NCBI GenBank assembly: GCA_965215885.1
Contig: CBDCEW010000009.1
Coordinates: 1-33,397 of the forward strand
Source: Candidatus Moanibacter sp.
GTDB taxonomy: Bacteria > Verrucomicrobiota > Verrucomicrobiia > Opitutales > UBA2987
Direction of reading: 5' to 3'
Length of the DNA stretch: 33,397 nucleotides
Shown piece after piece: positions 1 through 10,007 of the stretch; the stretch's first letter is position 1; each line of letters opens with the position of its first letter. Below the pieces are notes generated by a model that saw only the letters and a list, made by a program, of their open reading frames with translations, had not been told where the DNA came from and ran no database searches. Made by a program: the position numbers and the translations under genes.

Positions 1-3000
1 CTCAGATTATTGTTTCCATGACGGGAGTCGAGACATGGAACATCGACCACCTCTTTGCCCAGCTCAAGACAAGCTTCCCCTACCGGAATCTGAGCCGAAG
101 ACAGTTCGACCTCGTTCTCGACATGCTGGCCGGCCGCTACGCAGAAAGCCGTATCCGGGAACTGAGGCCTCGCGTATCGATCGATCGTCTCGACCAGACC
201 GTTTCCGCGAGAAGAGGCGCCCTGCAGGCCCTCTACTTCTCCGGGGGAGTTATCCCCGACCGGGGATACTTTACACTTCGGCACGCCGACTCGAATGCCA
301 GGATTGGCGACCTCGATGAGGAATTTGTCTGGGAAGCGAAGATCGGTCAGATCTTTGCCCTCGGCGCCCAGAAATGGAAGATCCAAAAGATCACTCACAA
401 CGACGTGATCGTTCAGTCGGCACATCCGAATACATCGGGCATACCCTTCTGGAAGGCGGAGGCATTCGATCGGGACTTTCATTTCTCCGCCCTCATCGGC
501 CAATTCCTTGAACGGGCCGAAACCGCCCTCGAGGACCCGGAATTCCCCAACTTACTTGAAAGAAAGGTACCGCATGGAGAACGGTCCGGCGGACGAGCTG
601 ATTGCTTTTCTTGTTAACCAGAAAAGGAGAACGGGAGTCTCACTTCCGCACAGGCACCACCTCCTCGTGGAGACGACGAGCAGCGGGCCGGGTTCGGTTC
701 CGGGCAACCAGATCGTCCTCCACACCCTCTGGGGCGGCCGTCTCAACCGACCTTTCGCCATGGCTCTGGATGCCGCCTGGGAGAAGCGTTTCCCATATCG
801 CCTCGAGGTAATCGTGGGAGACGACTGCGTCGTTCTGGTAAATCCCGGCGATATCACCCCCGCGGAAGTGCTCTCACTAGTCACCGCCGGGAATGTCGAG
901 TCCCTCCTTCGCAAACACCTCGAGAGTTCCGGATTCTTCGGAGCCCGGTTTCGAGAATGTGCCGGCCGGTCGCTCCTCATTACGCGGCAAAAGTTGAACC
1001 AGCGCATGCCTCTCTGGATGAGTCGGCTGCGCTCACAGAAACTGTTCAACGCGGTCATCCGCTACGAGGACTTTCCCATTCTCCTCGAAACCTGGCGCAC
1101 CTGCCTGCACGACGAATTCGACCTTCCGAACCTTCGCCTCGTCCTCTCGGAACTGGAGTCCGGGGAGATCAAATGGTCCGAAACTCGCACCTCTCATCCA
1201 AGTCCCTTCGCTCAGAGTGTGGCCTGGCGACAGGTCAACGAATTCATGTATCGCGGCGATGATCCAAAGGCGGATCAGTCGTCTCAATTGCGCGGCGACC
1301 TCCTGCGCGAGGTCGTATTTTCGCCAGACATTCGTCCGACTCTTCCGAAGGAGACAGTATCGGAATTCGAATCAAAACGCCAGCGTCTCAGTCCGGGGTA
1401 TTCACCGCGATCCGCCGCCGACCTCCTCGATTGGGTGAAGGAGCGCGTCCTCCTGCCGAAAGGGGAATGGCTCGCCCTGGTCACCGCCATGCAAAACGAC
1501 CACGACGCGGATGTCAGCGAATGGGTCTCGTCGCTTCAGGGAAAACTGCTCGAGTTGTCGCCTCCCGAGGGCGCCTCTCCGCTCGTCGTAGCAGCTGAAA
1601 CGGCTCCACAGAGCATCCGCGATCTCTACGGCAGCGCCGAAGGCCTAAGAATCGAGCCTTTAATTCTCAAGGGCGCGGAAGCTGCATCAACTGCCTCGAA
1701 TTCGCTGGCCCTTCAGAATCCTTCCCCTTCATCAGCAACGGAGGAAGAGCGATCCGAGAGAAGGACCACCCACCTTGGCGAATGGCTGCAATTCTACGGC
1801 CCAATTTCCGAAAAAGAGATCGCAACTAAACTGGGCATCGGCAAAAGCATCCTGCTCGAAACCCTCAATAGCCTTGTCGATTCGCAGAGGATCATCTGCG
1901 GGAGTTTAATCGCGCAAGATCCCAAGACCTACTATTGCGACAGCGAAAACTTCGAAACCCTTCTTCGCCTCAGACGCACGGGCGCTAGACCATCCTTTCA
2001 GCCCAGACCCATCGAAGCCCTACCGCTTTTCCTTGCTGCCTTTCAGGGAGTCGCTCAACCGAAAGACACCATCGATGCACTCGCTCGAACAATCGAACAA
2101 TTGCACGGATACCCAGCTCCACCGGAGCTTTGGGAAAAAGAGATTTTGCCCTCCCGGCTCCATCCCTATCAGACATCGTGGCTCGATACCCTCATGCAGG
2201 GGAGTGATCTGCTATGGATTGGAAGCGAGCCCGAGCGAGTCGCTTTCTGCTTCAGCGCCGATCTCGACCTTCTTGAGGATGAGACTCAGCCTCCCATTGA
2301 AGGTGCAAATGAGCAAGGCCCAGGCACCCTCACGGAGATATTTCCCGATCCGGCCGGAAGGTATGACTTTCCCACCCTCCAGAAAAAATCGGAGATTCCC
2401 GCCACCGACCTATCGGACAAACTCTGGTCATCGGTCTGGAGAGGTGAAGTGACAAACGACACCTTTCTATCGCTGAGACGCGGAATCGAATACAAATTCA
2501 CCGTTCCCGACCTCGGCAAAACTCTCGAAAAGGCGCACCACCCCAGACGACGTTCCAGTAGCCGGGCCGTCCTCTCCCGCTGGAAGAGCGCGCTCCCCTT
2601 CGCCGGAAACTGGCGCCTTGTCGAACAACCCCACCTCAATCACGATCTTCTCGAAAGAGCGGAGCGCGACAAGGACCGCGTGCGCCTTCTCCTTGATCGT
2701 TATTGTATCCTCTTTCGGGAGCTTCTCCTGCGCGAGTCGCCCCCCTTCCGCTGGCGAAACCTCTTTCGCACCCTACGGCTCATGGAACTCTCCGGCGAAG
2801 TCCTGGCCGGGCACTTCTTCGAGAAAGTACCCAGCCCCCAATTCATCTCCCACCAGGCTTTCCGCCTACTCCAACAAGGGCTGCCGGAGACCAGCATCTA
2901 CTGGATGAACGCGGCCGACCCCATTTCTCCATGCGGACTGCAACTCGAGGCGCTGAAAGCTTCCCTACCCAGTCGACTCCCGGGAAATCACCTCGTCTAC

Positions 3001-3267
3001 CGCGGGGCCGATCTCATTCTCACCTCACGGAGAAACGGAAGGGAATTGTCCATCGTCATCGCGCCAGATGATCCCGGCCTTCCCGAAGCCCTGGGACTCT
3101 TCCACCACCTCCTCAATCGAGCCTTTCAGCCGCTCCCCCGCATCACCATCGATACCATAAACGACCATCCCGCCCCCCAGAGCCCCTACCTCGACCCCTT
3201 CCGCACCAGCTTCGAAGTGGAGGTCGATTTCAAGAAGGTGCTTCTATACCGTAAGTTGAAACAATAA
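1..3267 (+). CDS. lhr: Lhr-like ATP-dependent DNA helicase, C-terminal part (open at window start; +1 frameshift near 550-565)
   Basis: ORF 18-617 (GGVIPDRGYF, GDLDEEFVWE, PFWKAE) and ORF 508-3267 (FGARFRECAGRSLL, MPLWMSRLRS, LLDRYCILFRE, MELSGEVLAGHF, NAADP) carry consecutive Lhr-family motifs in different frames. Confidence 0.85.
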
Positions 3268-3337
3268 GAAATTGAACCAATGCTGTCTGACTAGATTCTG
3301 ATGGCGTTACAATACCGCTTCCTACAGGAAGCTTCTT

Positions 3338-3577
3338 GTGGAGCCGCTCGAAAGATACCAGAATCGCGCCTTAAAAAAAGCCACCGTGGAATTCCTCGGC
3401 AGAGGTGAGGGTTACTGTGGCAAGATCCCAGGATTCTCGGGATTAATAGTGTTCGGTGATACAAAAAAGGAAGTCTTGGCCGAACTCGAATCTGCATTGG
3501 AAGGGTGGATGGAGATAGCCCTCAAGAAGGGAATTGGTTTACCCTCCCTAAAGGATGAAGAAAAGCAGCTCGTTTAG
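3338..3577 (+). CDS. HicB-like antitoxin family protein, short form without DNA-binding domain
   Basis: 79 aa; YCGKIPGFSGLIVFGDTKKEVLAELESALEGWMEIAL..G..LP matches the HicB RNase H-like pattern. Confidence 0.75.
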   Translation: MEPLERYQNRALKKATVEFLGRGEGYCGKIPGFSGLIVFGDTKKEVLAELESALEGWMEIALKKGIGLPSLKDEEKQLV

Positions 3578-4091
3578 GCAGTTCCAAGCCACTCGTGGCG
3601 GCTGACATCAATTTCCCTCAATATCTCGGAGTTTCGGGACAAAGATGCCTCCACCTCGATGAGGACTTGGAATAGGTTTCAAAGTCTTCGCCGGTTTCTC
3701 CAAAATGAGTCTCAGATTGAGTCTGGGGTTTTCGATAGGTGCCTTTAGGTAAAATGTCCGAATCGAGCGCGATCCCGCTACCTGTATCAACGATCTACGG
3801 TACGTTTGTAGCTGGACCGCTTTCGGTTCAGACTGACTGGCAATTTATGGGGATTCCCTATTAGCACCGATCTTCGCTCTATTGCAGGGAGCCAGCCCAG
3901 CTCAATCATCCTGGAATGGAATTTCGCAAACCTTCAGGAGTAGGAATGCCGCTCACGGCCGAAGGAACCACCACTTTTCCTGTTCGCTCGCAAGCACTCT
4001 TCCAAACTGTACGTCGAAACAGGGTTGATTAAACGGAGATATTGACTGGGTGAAATAGCACCCATTTTATCACAACCCCATAGCTCAATGC

Positions 4092-4601
4092 CTAGAGAAC
4101 CTCCGAATCAATTACTTTGAACGTGTAGCTATCTGACTGCTTGTTCGGATAAATCACTAGATTCGAGCCCGCGCTGCGCACCGAAGGAATTAGTAGTCCA
4201 TCATTATCAAGCCACTCAACCGCTCCTCCCACACGCTGGCAGGGAGCATAATCGAGAGATTCCATGAGCTCTTCTGTGATTCCAAGGGATGAAAGCGCTT
4301 CTGCATCCCTCAAATCTACAACAGAGTTAAGAACGACCGATACTTGGTACATTGTTCTCTTGGCCGTAGGAGGCAACGATTGAAGGCCAATATAGTATTC
4401 CGCCTCGGCTAGCGCAACTTCTCGAGTCAGGCTGGCATAGATAGCAGGAACCTCGGGGGGATTCCAACGTGCCCCGCTCGTATTCTCTCGTTCGGGCGGA
4501 AAATCCGCGAACATATGTCGATATACGTTTCCTTGCCAAGGAGTCGCCTGAAATTCTTCAAGTGCTTCAAGGAGTTCCTTTTCGTGAATCACTCTTTGCA
4601 A
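4092..4601 (-). CDS. RES-domain toxin (MbcT-like putative NAD+ phosphorylase)
   Basis: VYRH, GARWNPP..PAIYAS....ALAE and GLLIPS motifs supply the R, E and S residues; directly downstream of an Xre antitoxin. Confidence 0.85.
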   Translation of the reverse strand: MQRVIHEKELLEALEEFQATPWQGNVYRHMFADFPPERENTSGARWNPPEVPAIYASLTREVALAEAEYYIGLQSLPPTAKRTMYQVSVVLNSVVDLRDAEALSSLGITEELMESLDYAPCQRVGGAVEWLDNDGLLIPSVRSAGSNLVIYPNKQSDSYTFKVIDSEVL

Positions 4602-4606
4602 TACGG

Positions 4607-4945
4607 TTAGACGTACGCACCATCCTTAAGCTGAGCGATGATCGCTAGAACTTCCTCCATTTTACCCTCTTGAATTCGATCCACAGGCCTTTCGCCACCC
4701 AGTCTCTTATGCGGCGCAAACAACCACAAACGTCCTTCATCCGGTGCGTATAATTCCGCCAACTCGCTGGCCAACCACTCGAGACGTAGAAGAGTGTCTC
4801 GTCGCGCCGGCTGAGGTTGTGCTTTACCTGTCTTCCACCGCGACACAGTTTCCGGTGTCGTTCCAAGCAGTTGGGCGACTTCCCTCGATGTCACTCCCGC
4901 TGATTCTTGTATCCCATCTAGACGTGTTGCTATTGCACTCGACAT
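4607..4945 (-). CDS. Xre/MbcA-like antitoxin (HTH plus DUF2384-type C-terminus)
   Basis: HTH VAQLLGTTPETVSRWKTG; WLFAPHKRLGGERPVD; ends LKDGAYV; 5 bp upstream of the RES gene. Confidence 0.85.
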   Translation of the reverse strand: MSSAIATRLDGIQESAGVTSREVAQLLGTTPETVSRWKTGKAQPQPARRDTLLRLEWLASELAELYAPDEGRLWLFAPHKRLGGERPVDRIQEGKMEEVLAIIAQLKDGAYV

Positions 4946-5070
4946 GATTCGATTTGTTGAAGGATTCCCGATTTAAGAACCAAGAAGCTCTCGTAATACC
5001 CTACGATCTAGAGGTCTAGCATAAGTCGTCGCAGGCATAGATCGATTTATTTCGCCAAGGATACTTGGAT

Positions 5071-5118
5071 ATTGATGTATTCATTGATATTTATATTGAT
5101 ATTTATATTGATATAATT
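5071..5118. repeat. Four tandem 12-bp AT-rich repeats (consensus ATTGATATTTAT)
   Basis: attgatgtattc/attgatatttat/attgatatttat/attgatataatt at 5071, 5083, 5095, 5107. Confidence 0.85.
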
Positions 5119-5131
5119 ATTAACGAATAAA

Positions 5132-5161
5132 TTGACAAATCATTTCATGTCAAGTTAGAAT
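5132..5161 (+). promoter_or_regulatory. Sigma70-like promoter TTGACA-N18-TAGAAT overlapping palindrome TTGACA-N10-TGTCAA
   Basis: TTGACA 5132-5137, TGTCAA 5148-5153, TAGAAT 5156-5161, between divergent genes. Confidence 0.55.
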
Positions 5162-5310
5162 CGTGAAAATCTGCGCTTATCCCTTCATACCCATTCGTTG
5201 TCCTCGCACGACCAAGGACACCCACGGTGTGCAGCGAGTATCCGATTAGTCCAGGAAGCTAACCTTCAAAAGGAAATTGTGAACTGAAAAAATACCACCA
5301 CCCTTAACAA

Positions 5311-6504
5311 ATGGCACCCCGATTCAAATACATCGTCGTGGGCGCCGGGATGATGGGAGCGGCGGCGGCTCGGCATCTCTCGGAAGAATCCGGCGACGTC
5401 GCCCTCATCGGTCCGCCCGAACCGGATAAGAGAGAGAACCATGAAGGCATCTTCGGCAGCCACTACGATGAGAGTCGCATCGTTCGAACACTCGACACCG
5501 ACGAGCGCTGGGGCCTCTTCGCGACGCGATCCATCGCACGATTCCGCGATCTGGAACAACGCAGTGGGATTTCCTTCTACCGCGAAGTTGGCCACCTCGC
5601 GGTGAGTCCGACAGGCGACGATCCTGACAACTACTGCAGCCAAATCGACCGTGTCGCCGCAACGGTCCCGGCTGATTACGAGCGATTGGACGAAAGCGAT
5701 CTTCGCAAACGCTTCCTCTACCTCAGGATTCCGGCGGGCCACCAGGGGCGATACCAATCGACGGTCGGCGGTTTCATTAATCCAAGGGCCCTTGTCCGAG
5801 TGCAAAGCAAAGTCGCGACCGATCAAGGCGCCCGGTATCTTGCCCGGGAGGTCACCGGGATCGATCCCGCGCCGTCCGGCTGCACCCTAAAAATCGACGA
5901 TGGAACCGAACTGGAAGGTGAAAAAGTCCTTGTTGCCGCCGGAGCCTTCACTAATCAGCGCGGTCTGCTTCCGGAAGCCCTGGATCTCTCCCTCATGGGC
6001 CGCACCGTTCTCCTCCTCGAACTCGACGAGCCGGACCTCAACAGGATGGGAGGTATGCCCTCAATCATCTATCGGCCCGCTAATGAGAGACGGCGAAGTT
6101 ACATCCTTCCTCCGACCCGGTATCCCAACGGAAAGCACTACCTGAAGATTGGATCCAGTCTCAATGTGGAGAATCCGTTGGCGAGCGTCGAGGAGGTTAA
6201 GGCGTGGTTCAGGACTAACGGGAATCCCGCGGTGGCAGAATTGCTCGAGGAGATTATTCGAGAGATCTTTCCCGCTATTAATCCTCTCTCCACCCACACC
6301 GAAACCTGCGTCAACAGCTACGCCAATCAAACCCTCCCTTACATCGGCAAGTTGCCTAACAACAACCTCTACGTCCTCACCGGCATGAACGGAGGAACAG
6401 CGAAATCCTCCGACGAATACGGCTACATCGCAGCGCAAATGCTCCGGCTCGCAGACTGGAAGTACAATGTCCCGTCAAGCGAGTTCGGCGTCATTACCCG
6501 CTGA
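5311..6504 (+). CDS. FAD-dependent oxidoreductase (sarcosine oxidase/DAO family)
   Basis: N-terminal VVGAGMMGAAAA Rossmann motif; GSHYDESRIVR; VLVAAGAF; GMNGGTAKSS. Confidence 0.85.
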   Translation: MAPRFKYIVVGAGMMGAAAARHLSEESGDVALIGPPEPDKRENHEGIFGSHYDESRIVRTLDTDERWGLFATRSIARFRDLEQRSGISFYREVGHLAVSPTGDDPDNYCSQIDRVAATVPADYERLDESDLRKRFLYLRIPAGHQGRYQSTVGGFINPRALVRVQSKVATDQGARYLAREVTGIDPAPSGCTLKIDDGTELEGEKVLVAAGAFTNQRGLLPEALDLSLMGRTVLLLELDEPDLNRMGGMPSIIYRPANERRRSYILPPTRYPNGKHYLKIGSSLNVENPLASVEEVKAWFRTNGNPAVAELLEEIIREIFPAINPLSTHTETCVNSYANQTLPYIGKLPNNNLYVLTGMNGGTAKSSDEYGYIAAQMLRLADWKYNVPSSEFGVITR

Positions 6505-6513
6505 GGACTCGTT

Positions 6514-6676
6514 TTAAGAATTCACCCACGGTGGGCTGAGCCCCATACCACTGTGCTTGTCAGTGACCCTCGCTCCTCAAATCGCATACAGACCAAATAT
6601 ATGCTTTTCTCCTTAAGCGATCGATCACCGCAAGGAACAGTGGGATGACTACTGCATCAGTGGGACAAGCTCTTTT
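6514..6676 (+). repeat. ~160 bp structured dispersed repeat, copy A (MITE-like)
   Basis: Shares CCCACGGTGGGC-NNN-GCCC...CCACTGT and GATCACCGCAAGGAACAGTGGGATG.CTACTGCATC with copies at ~25.1 and ~26.2 kb. Confidence 0.85.
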
Positions 6677-6813
6677 GAAGTTCCGTGTTTCTTTGACACC
6701 GCCCCACTAATATTCACTCTTATCATAAGCTGATCTTATCGCGCCCATTAGGTTCATCCTGTCCCGCTCCGCGGAAATTCTATCCCATCATCGCTTCAAA
6801 ATTCCCAGCTTCC

Positions 6814-7407
6814 ATTAACGTCACACGCTGCCCGTGGGTCGATCTCTCGAAACCCGACTACATCGCTTACCACGACAGGGATTGGGGCGTACCGGTCCAC
6901 GACGACCGTCTTCTCTTCGAATTTCTCACCCTCGAATCGGCCCAGGCCGGACTGAGCTGGTACACCGTACTACGCAAACGGGAAAACTATCGTAAGGCCT
7001 TCGATGACTTTGATCCTCTGAAAGTGTCCAAACACGACAGCAAGAAGGTGGAGGCTCTCCTCGCAAACCCGGGCATCATTCGCAATCGCCTCAAAGTCCT
7101 CGCCGCTATCAATAACGCCCAGCGATTTTTGGAAGTGCAGGTCGAATTCGGCAGTTTCGATGCCTATATATGGGGGTTCGTGGACGGGAAAACAATCGTC
7201 AACGAGCTCCGCACCATGCAGGATTACCCGGCCACCACGGCCGAATCCGATGCCTTGAGTGCAGACCTGCGCGCGCGTGGGTTTAAATTCGTGGGTCCGA
7301 CCATATGTTACGCCCACATGCAGGCCACCGGCATGGTCAACGACCACAGCCTCGACTGCTTTCGCCGCCAGGAGATCATCGAACTGTGTAGCGGGTCAGA
7401 CAAATAG
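6814..7407 (+). CDS. tag: DNA-3-methyladenine glycosylase I (start codon unclear)
   Basis: Manual in-frame extension upstream of ORF 7024 gives RCPWV...YIAYHDRDWGVPVHDDRLLFEFLTLESAQAGLSW; C-terminus has GFKFVGPTICYAHMQATGMVNDH..DC. Confidence 0.9.
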   Translation: MNVTRCPWVDLSKPDYIAYHDRDWGVPVHDDRLLFEFLTLESAQAGLSWYTVLRKRENYRKAFDDFDPLKVSKHDSKKVEALLANPGIIRNRLKVLAAINNAQRFLEVQVEFGSFDAYIWGFVDGKTIVNELRTMQDYPATTAESDALSADLRARGFKFVGPTICYAHMQATGMVNDHSLDCFRRQEIIELCSGSDK

Positions 7408-7439
7408 GCGGGAGGACCGCTCACCTATTCTTTCCGAGC

Positions 7440-7472
7440 CTATGTTCGTATTTCGGCGAAATACGAACATAG
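7440..7472. repeat. Perfect 16-bp inverted repeat (hairpin; terminator or REP-like)
   Basis: CTATGTTCGTATTTCG-G-CGAAATACGAACATAG; degenerate copy at 15077-15100. Confidence 0.75.
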
Positions 7473-7529
7473 CACGAAGCATCTTATCACGACACGATTT
7501 TGATCCTGTTCCTTAGCCGTGGACGGCCG

Positions 7530-8026
7530 CGCCCGGAGGGATCGGTCCAACTCATCCCACCCTGCCGTACGGCAGGGTGGAACGGGCGCTCCGCCGCGCG
7601 TTCAGTCCTCAGATCGACTGCCAGTGACAGTTCACCTACCTGCCTCCTTATACCAACATTGTCATTGCGAGGAAGAATGACGAAGCAATCCAGGCATTCA
7701 GTCTTCTACTGCTCTGGATTGCCGCGGTCTGCCATATAGCAGACCTCGCAATGACAGGCGAGCAATCCGCGTGATAGGGTTAGTGGCTTGAATTGCAACC
7801 TGCCGGACGTCAGAGCTTCCTACAACACCACAGTGCTAGATGTCCGGATTCTACAGGTGAATGAACACTCCCCGTCCCGGCTTGCCGCGGACGGGGTATC
7901 TAACTCTTTCGCCATTTGTACAGAACTTGCCTATGCTTTACTCGAAGTTGATACAAACGTCCCCGGAGGGGCCGTTCCACCACTAGCATCATTGCTACGG
8001 GTGGATCGGGCGCTCCGCGCACGATT
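7530..8026. repeat. Cluster of REP-like palindromic elements between convergent genes
   Basis: GTGG-type units (GGTGGAACGGGCGCTCCGC ~7576, reverse ~7962-7981, GGTGGATCGGGCGCTCCGC ~8000); 24-bp palindrome 7557-7580; TGTCATTGCGAGG...CCTCGCAATGACA 7660-7756; CCCCGTCC...GGACGGGG ~7870-7896. Confidence 0.75.
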
Positions 8027-8094
8027 TTGCCTAAGAAAGTCAGCGACCCCGTAGCAAGCTACGGAGAATTACCAAGTTAAATTAGCCCGTCTCC

Positions 8095-9033
8095 TCACCG
8101 CACCAACGGTGCTCCGCCAATACCGACATCGACTCTCCACACGGTTCCGAAGCGCGTCGAAGTCGCATAGATCGCGTAGTGATCGAATTCGCCCTCGCCA
8201 AAAGCGAGGCTGGCCACTCCCAGCATATTTTCGGCGATGAGTATCGATTCGCCTGTCGCTGGATCGATGCGCCAGATCTTTCCCTCTCCGTTGCCGGCGA
8301 CATAGATCCTACCCTTCGAATCCATGGCCAATCCATCGTGCCCACCCTTCCCGGGGCTGGCCACCATCTCGGCGCTTCCAACCGGAATTCCTTTCTCGAG
8401 GGCTATCCTCCAAACCCTGTTATCCGGCACAATGGGATTTATACGCTGAAAGATCTGCGCCACGTAAAGGAATTTCCCATCCAGAGAGACTACCATCCCA
8501 TTCGGATGGTTTATCTGGTCGCTGTAGAGCGCCACTTCGCCTGCAGAATCCACTGAGTAGATATGGTTGATGCCGTCATCGGAAACGAGAAGTGTCTTAT
8601 CCTCCATGACGAGAATGAAGTTCGGGTCCGCGATGCCGATCGCGACGATGCGCTTCTCGCCTTCCGGGCTCACCCGCCATACGATTCCGTCATCATTTTC
8701 GCCATCGCGGAAGATATTGGTTGGCCCGAAGTCCGCCACCAGGATGTCGCGCTCGCCAATCGGCGCCAGTCCAAGGTTTGAATAGAGATCGACGACCTTG
8801 GTCACTTCCCCGCTCTTCGCAACCACCCACAGGGCGCGATTCGCCGTTACGAAAAGGTTACCTTCTCCATTGAATGCGACGCCTTCCGATCTTTCAAATT
8901 CGCCCTCAACAAGGACGGTGGGAGAAACGGGAAAAGAGATCTCGTCGCCCCGAGTCTCCTCCCCGCCACTCACATCCGCCACAAATCCGGCGATGCATAG
9001 TAGAGGCCCGATGCTATGCAGGAACCGCCGCAC
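8095..9033 (-). CDS. SMP-30/gluconolactonase/LRE family protein, probably secreted (paralog 2)
   Basis: SEGVAF, PNGMVVSLDGKFLYVA, DGLAMDSKGRIYVA, SLAFG motifs; GTG at 9033 followed by a hydrophobic leader. Confidence 0.85.
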   Translation of the reverse strand: MRRFLHSIGPLLCIAGFVADVSGGEETRGDEISFPVSPTVLVEGEFERSEGVAFNGEGNLFVTANRALWVVAKSGEVTKVVDLYSNLGLAPIGERDILVADFGPTNIFRDGENDDGIVWRVSPEGEKRIVAIGIADPNFILVMEDKTLLVSDDGINHIYSVDSAGEVALYSDQINHPNGMVVSLDGKFLYVAQIFQRINPIVPDNRVWRIALEKGIPVGSAEMVASPGKGGHDGLAMDSKGRIYVAGNGEGKIWRIDPATGESILIAENMLGVASLAFGEGEFDHYAIYATSTRFGTVWRVDVGIGGAPLVR

Positions 9034-9071
9034 ACTTAGTATTCGAGTGCTTAACTTCCAAATATCCACCT

Positions 9072-10007
9072 TCAACGATACAGAACAGCGCCCTTCACGC
9101 CCACTTCCACCTTCCACAATTTCCCATCCCGGCCACTCGTTACGTAGAGTGCTTCGGAATCGAATTCTCCCTCCCCGAAGGCGAGACTGGCGGCGCCCAC
9201 GACATTCTCCGCGATGAGGACGGGGTCGCCGCCTGCCGGATCGACCCGCCAGATTCTTCCCTCACGATTTGCCGCGATATAGACACGTCCATGCTCATCC
9301 ATCGCCAAACCGTCGTTAGCGCCGATTCCCCCAGTCGCGAAAACCATTTTGGGATCTCCGGCGGGTCTACCATTCTCTAAGGGCAGGCGCCAGAGCCGAT
9401 CGTCGAATTCAACAGGCGCAATGCTTCGAAATATCTGCGCCACGAAGAGGCTTTCGCCGTCCTCAGACAGAACCATTCCGTTGGGATACGCGATCGCCTG
9501 AGAAAAGATGCCCACCGATCCATCGGTGCCGATCTCGTAGATGTTGCTCGTAAAGTCGTCGGACACGAGTAGCGAGCCGTCCTTGCGGACGACGATGAAA
9601 TTGGGATCACCGATGCCCAATGCCACCGTGGAAACGTCACCCTCAGGCGTTACCCTCAGAACGAGCCCATCATCGTTCTCCCCTTCTCTAAGAGCCATCT
9701 TCTCCCCGAAATCTGCCACCAGAATATCGCGTTCACCGATGGGGGCGAGCCCAACATTAAAGTACACATCTATAATCCTGCGAACTTCCCCATCACGACT
9801 TACCTCCCACAGCGCCTTGTCCGCCGTTACATAGAGCCTCCCTTCTCCATTGAAAGCGATCCCTTCCATCCCGCTAAATCTTCCATCAATGAACGCATCC
9901 GGAGCAACGGGGAAAGAAGCTTCCTCAGCGTTCCCCCCCGAGCCTGCTACAAAATTTGCCGCCAAACAAAGGTTGGCGGCAATCACTGCCAAAATCTCAA
10001 TCCGCAT
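9072..10007 (-). CDS. SMP-30/gluconolactonase/LRE family protein with signal peptide (paralog 1)
   Basis: MEGIAF, PNGMVLSEDGESLFVA, DGLAMDEHGRVYIA; hydrophobic N-terminus. Confidence 0.85.
   Translation of the reverse strand: MRIEILAVIAANLCLAANFVAGSGGNAEEASFPVAPDAFIDGRFSGMEGIAFNGEGRLYVTADKALWEVSRDGEVRRIIDVYFNVGLAPIGERDILVADFGEKMALREGENDDGLVLRVTPEGDVSTVALGIGDPNFIVVRKDGSLLVSDDFTSNIYEIGTDGSVGIFSQAIAYPNGMVLSEDGESLFVAQIFRSIAPVEFDDRLWRLPLENGRPAGDPKMVFATGGIGANDGLAMDEHGRVYIAANREGRIWRVDPAGGDPVLIAENVVGAASLAFGEGEFDSEALYVTSGRDGKLWKVEVGVKGAVLYR

Noticed and set aside
552..566. Programmed ribosomal frameshift in lhr
   Set aside because: No stop codon or canonical slippery heptamer at the junction, and other single-base indels in the window suggest sequencing error.
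4973..5038. 21-aa minus-strand ORF upstream of the antitoxin (MPATTYARPLDRRVLRELLGS)
   Set aside because: Too short, with no RBS or recognisable motif.
5071..5118. CRISPR array or Ile-Asn repeat peptide on the minus strand
   Set aside because: 12-bp units have no spacers and no cas genes are present; the minus-strand frame has no start codon after the upstream stop.
7500..8054. Short ORFs in repeat-rich intergenic regions (also 14847-15163, 22016-22441, 29739-30334)
   Set aside because: They translate palindromic repeats and have no protein-like motifs.
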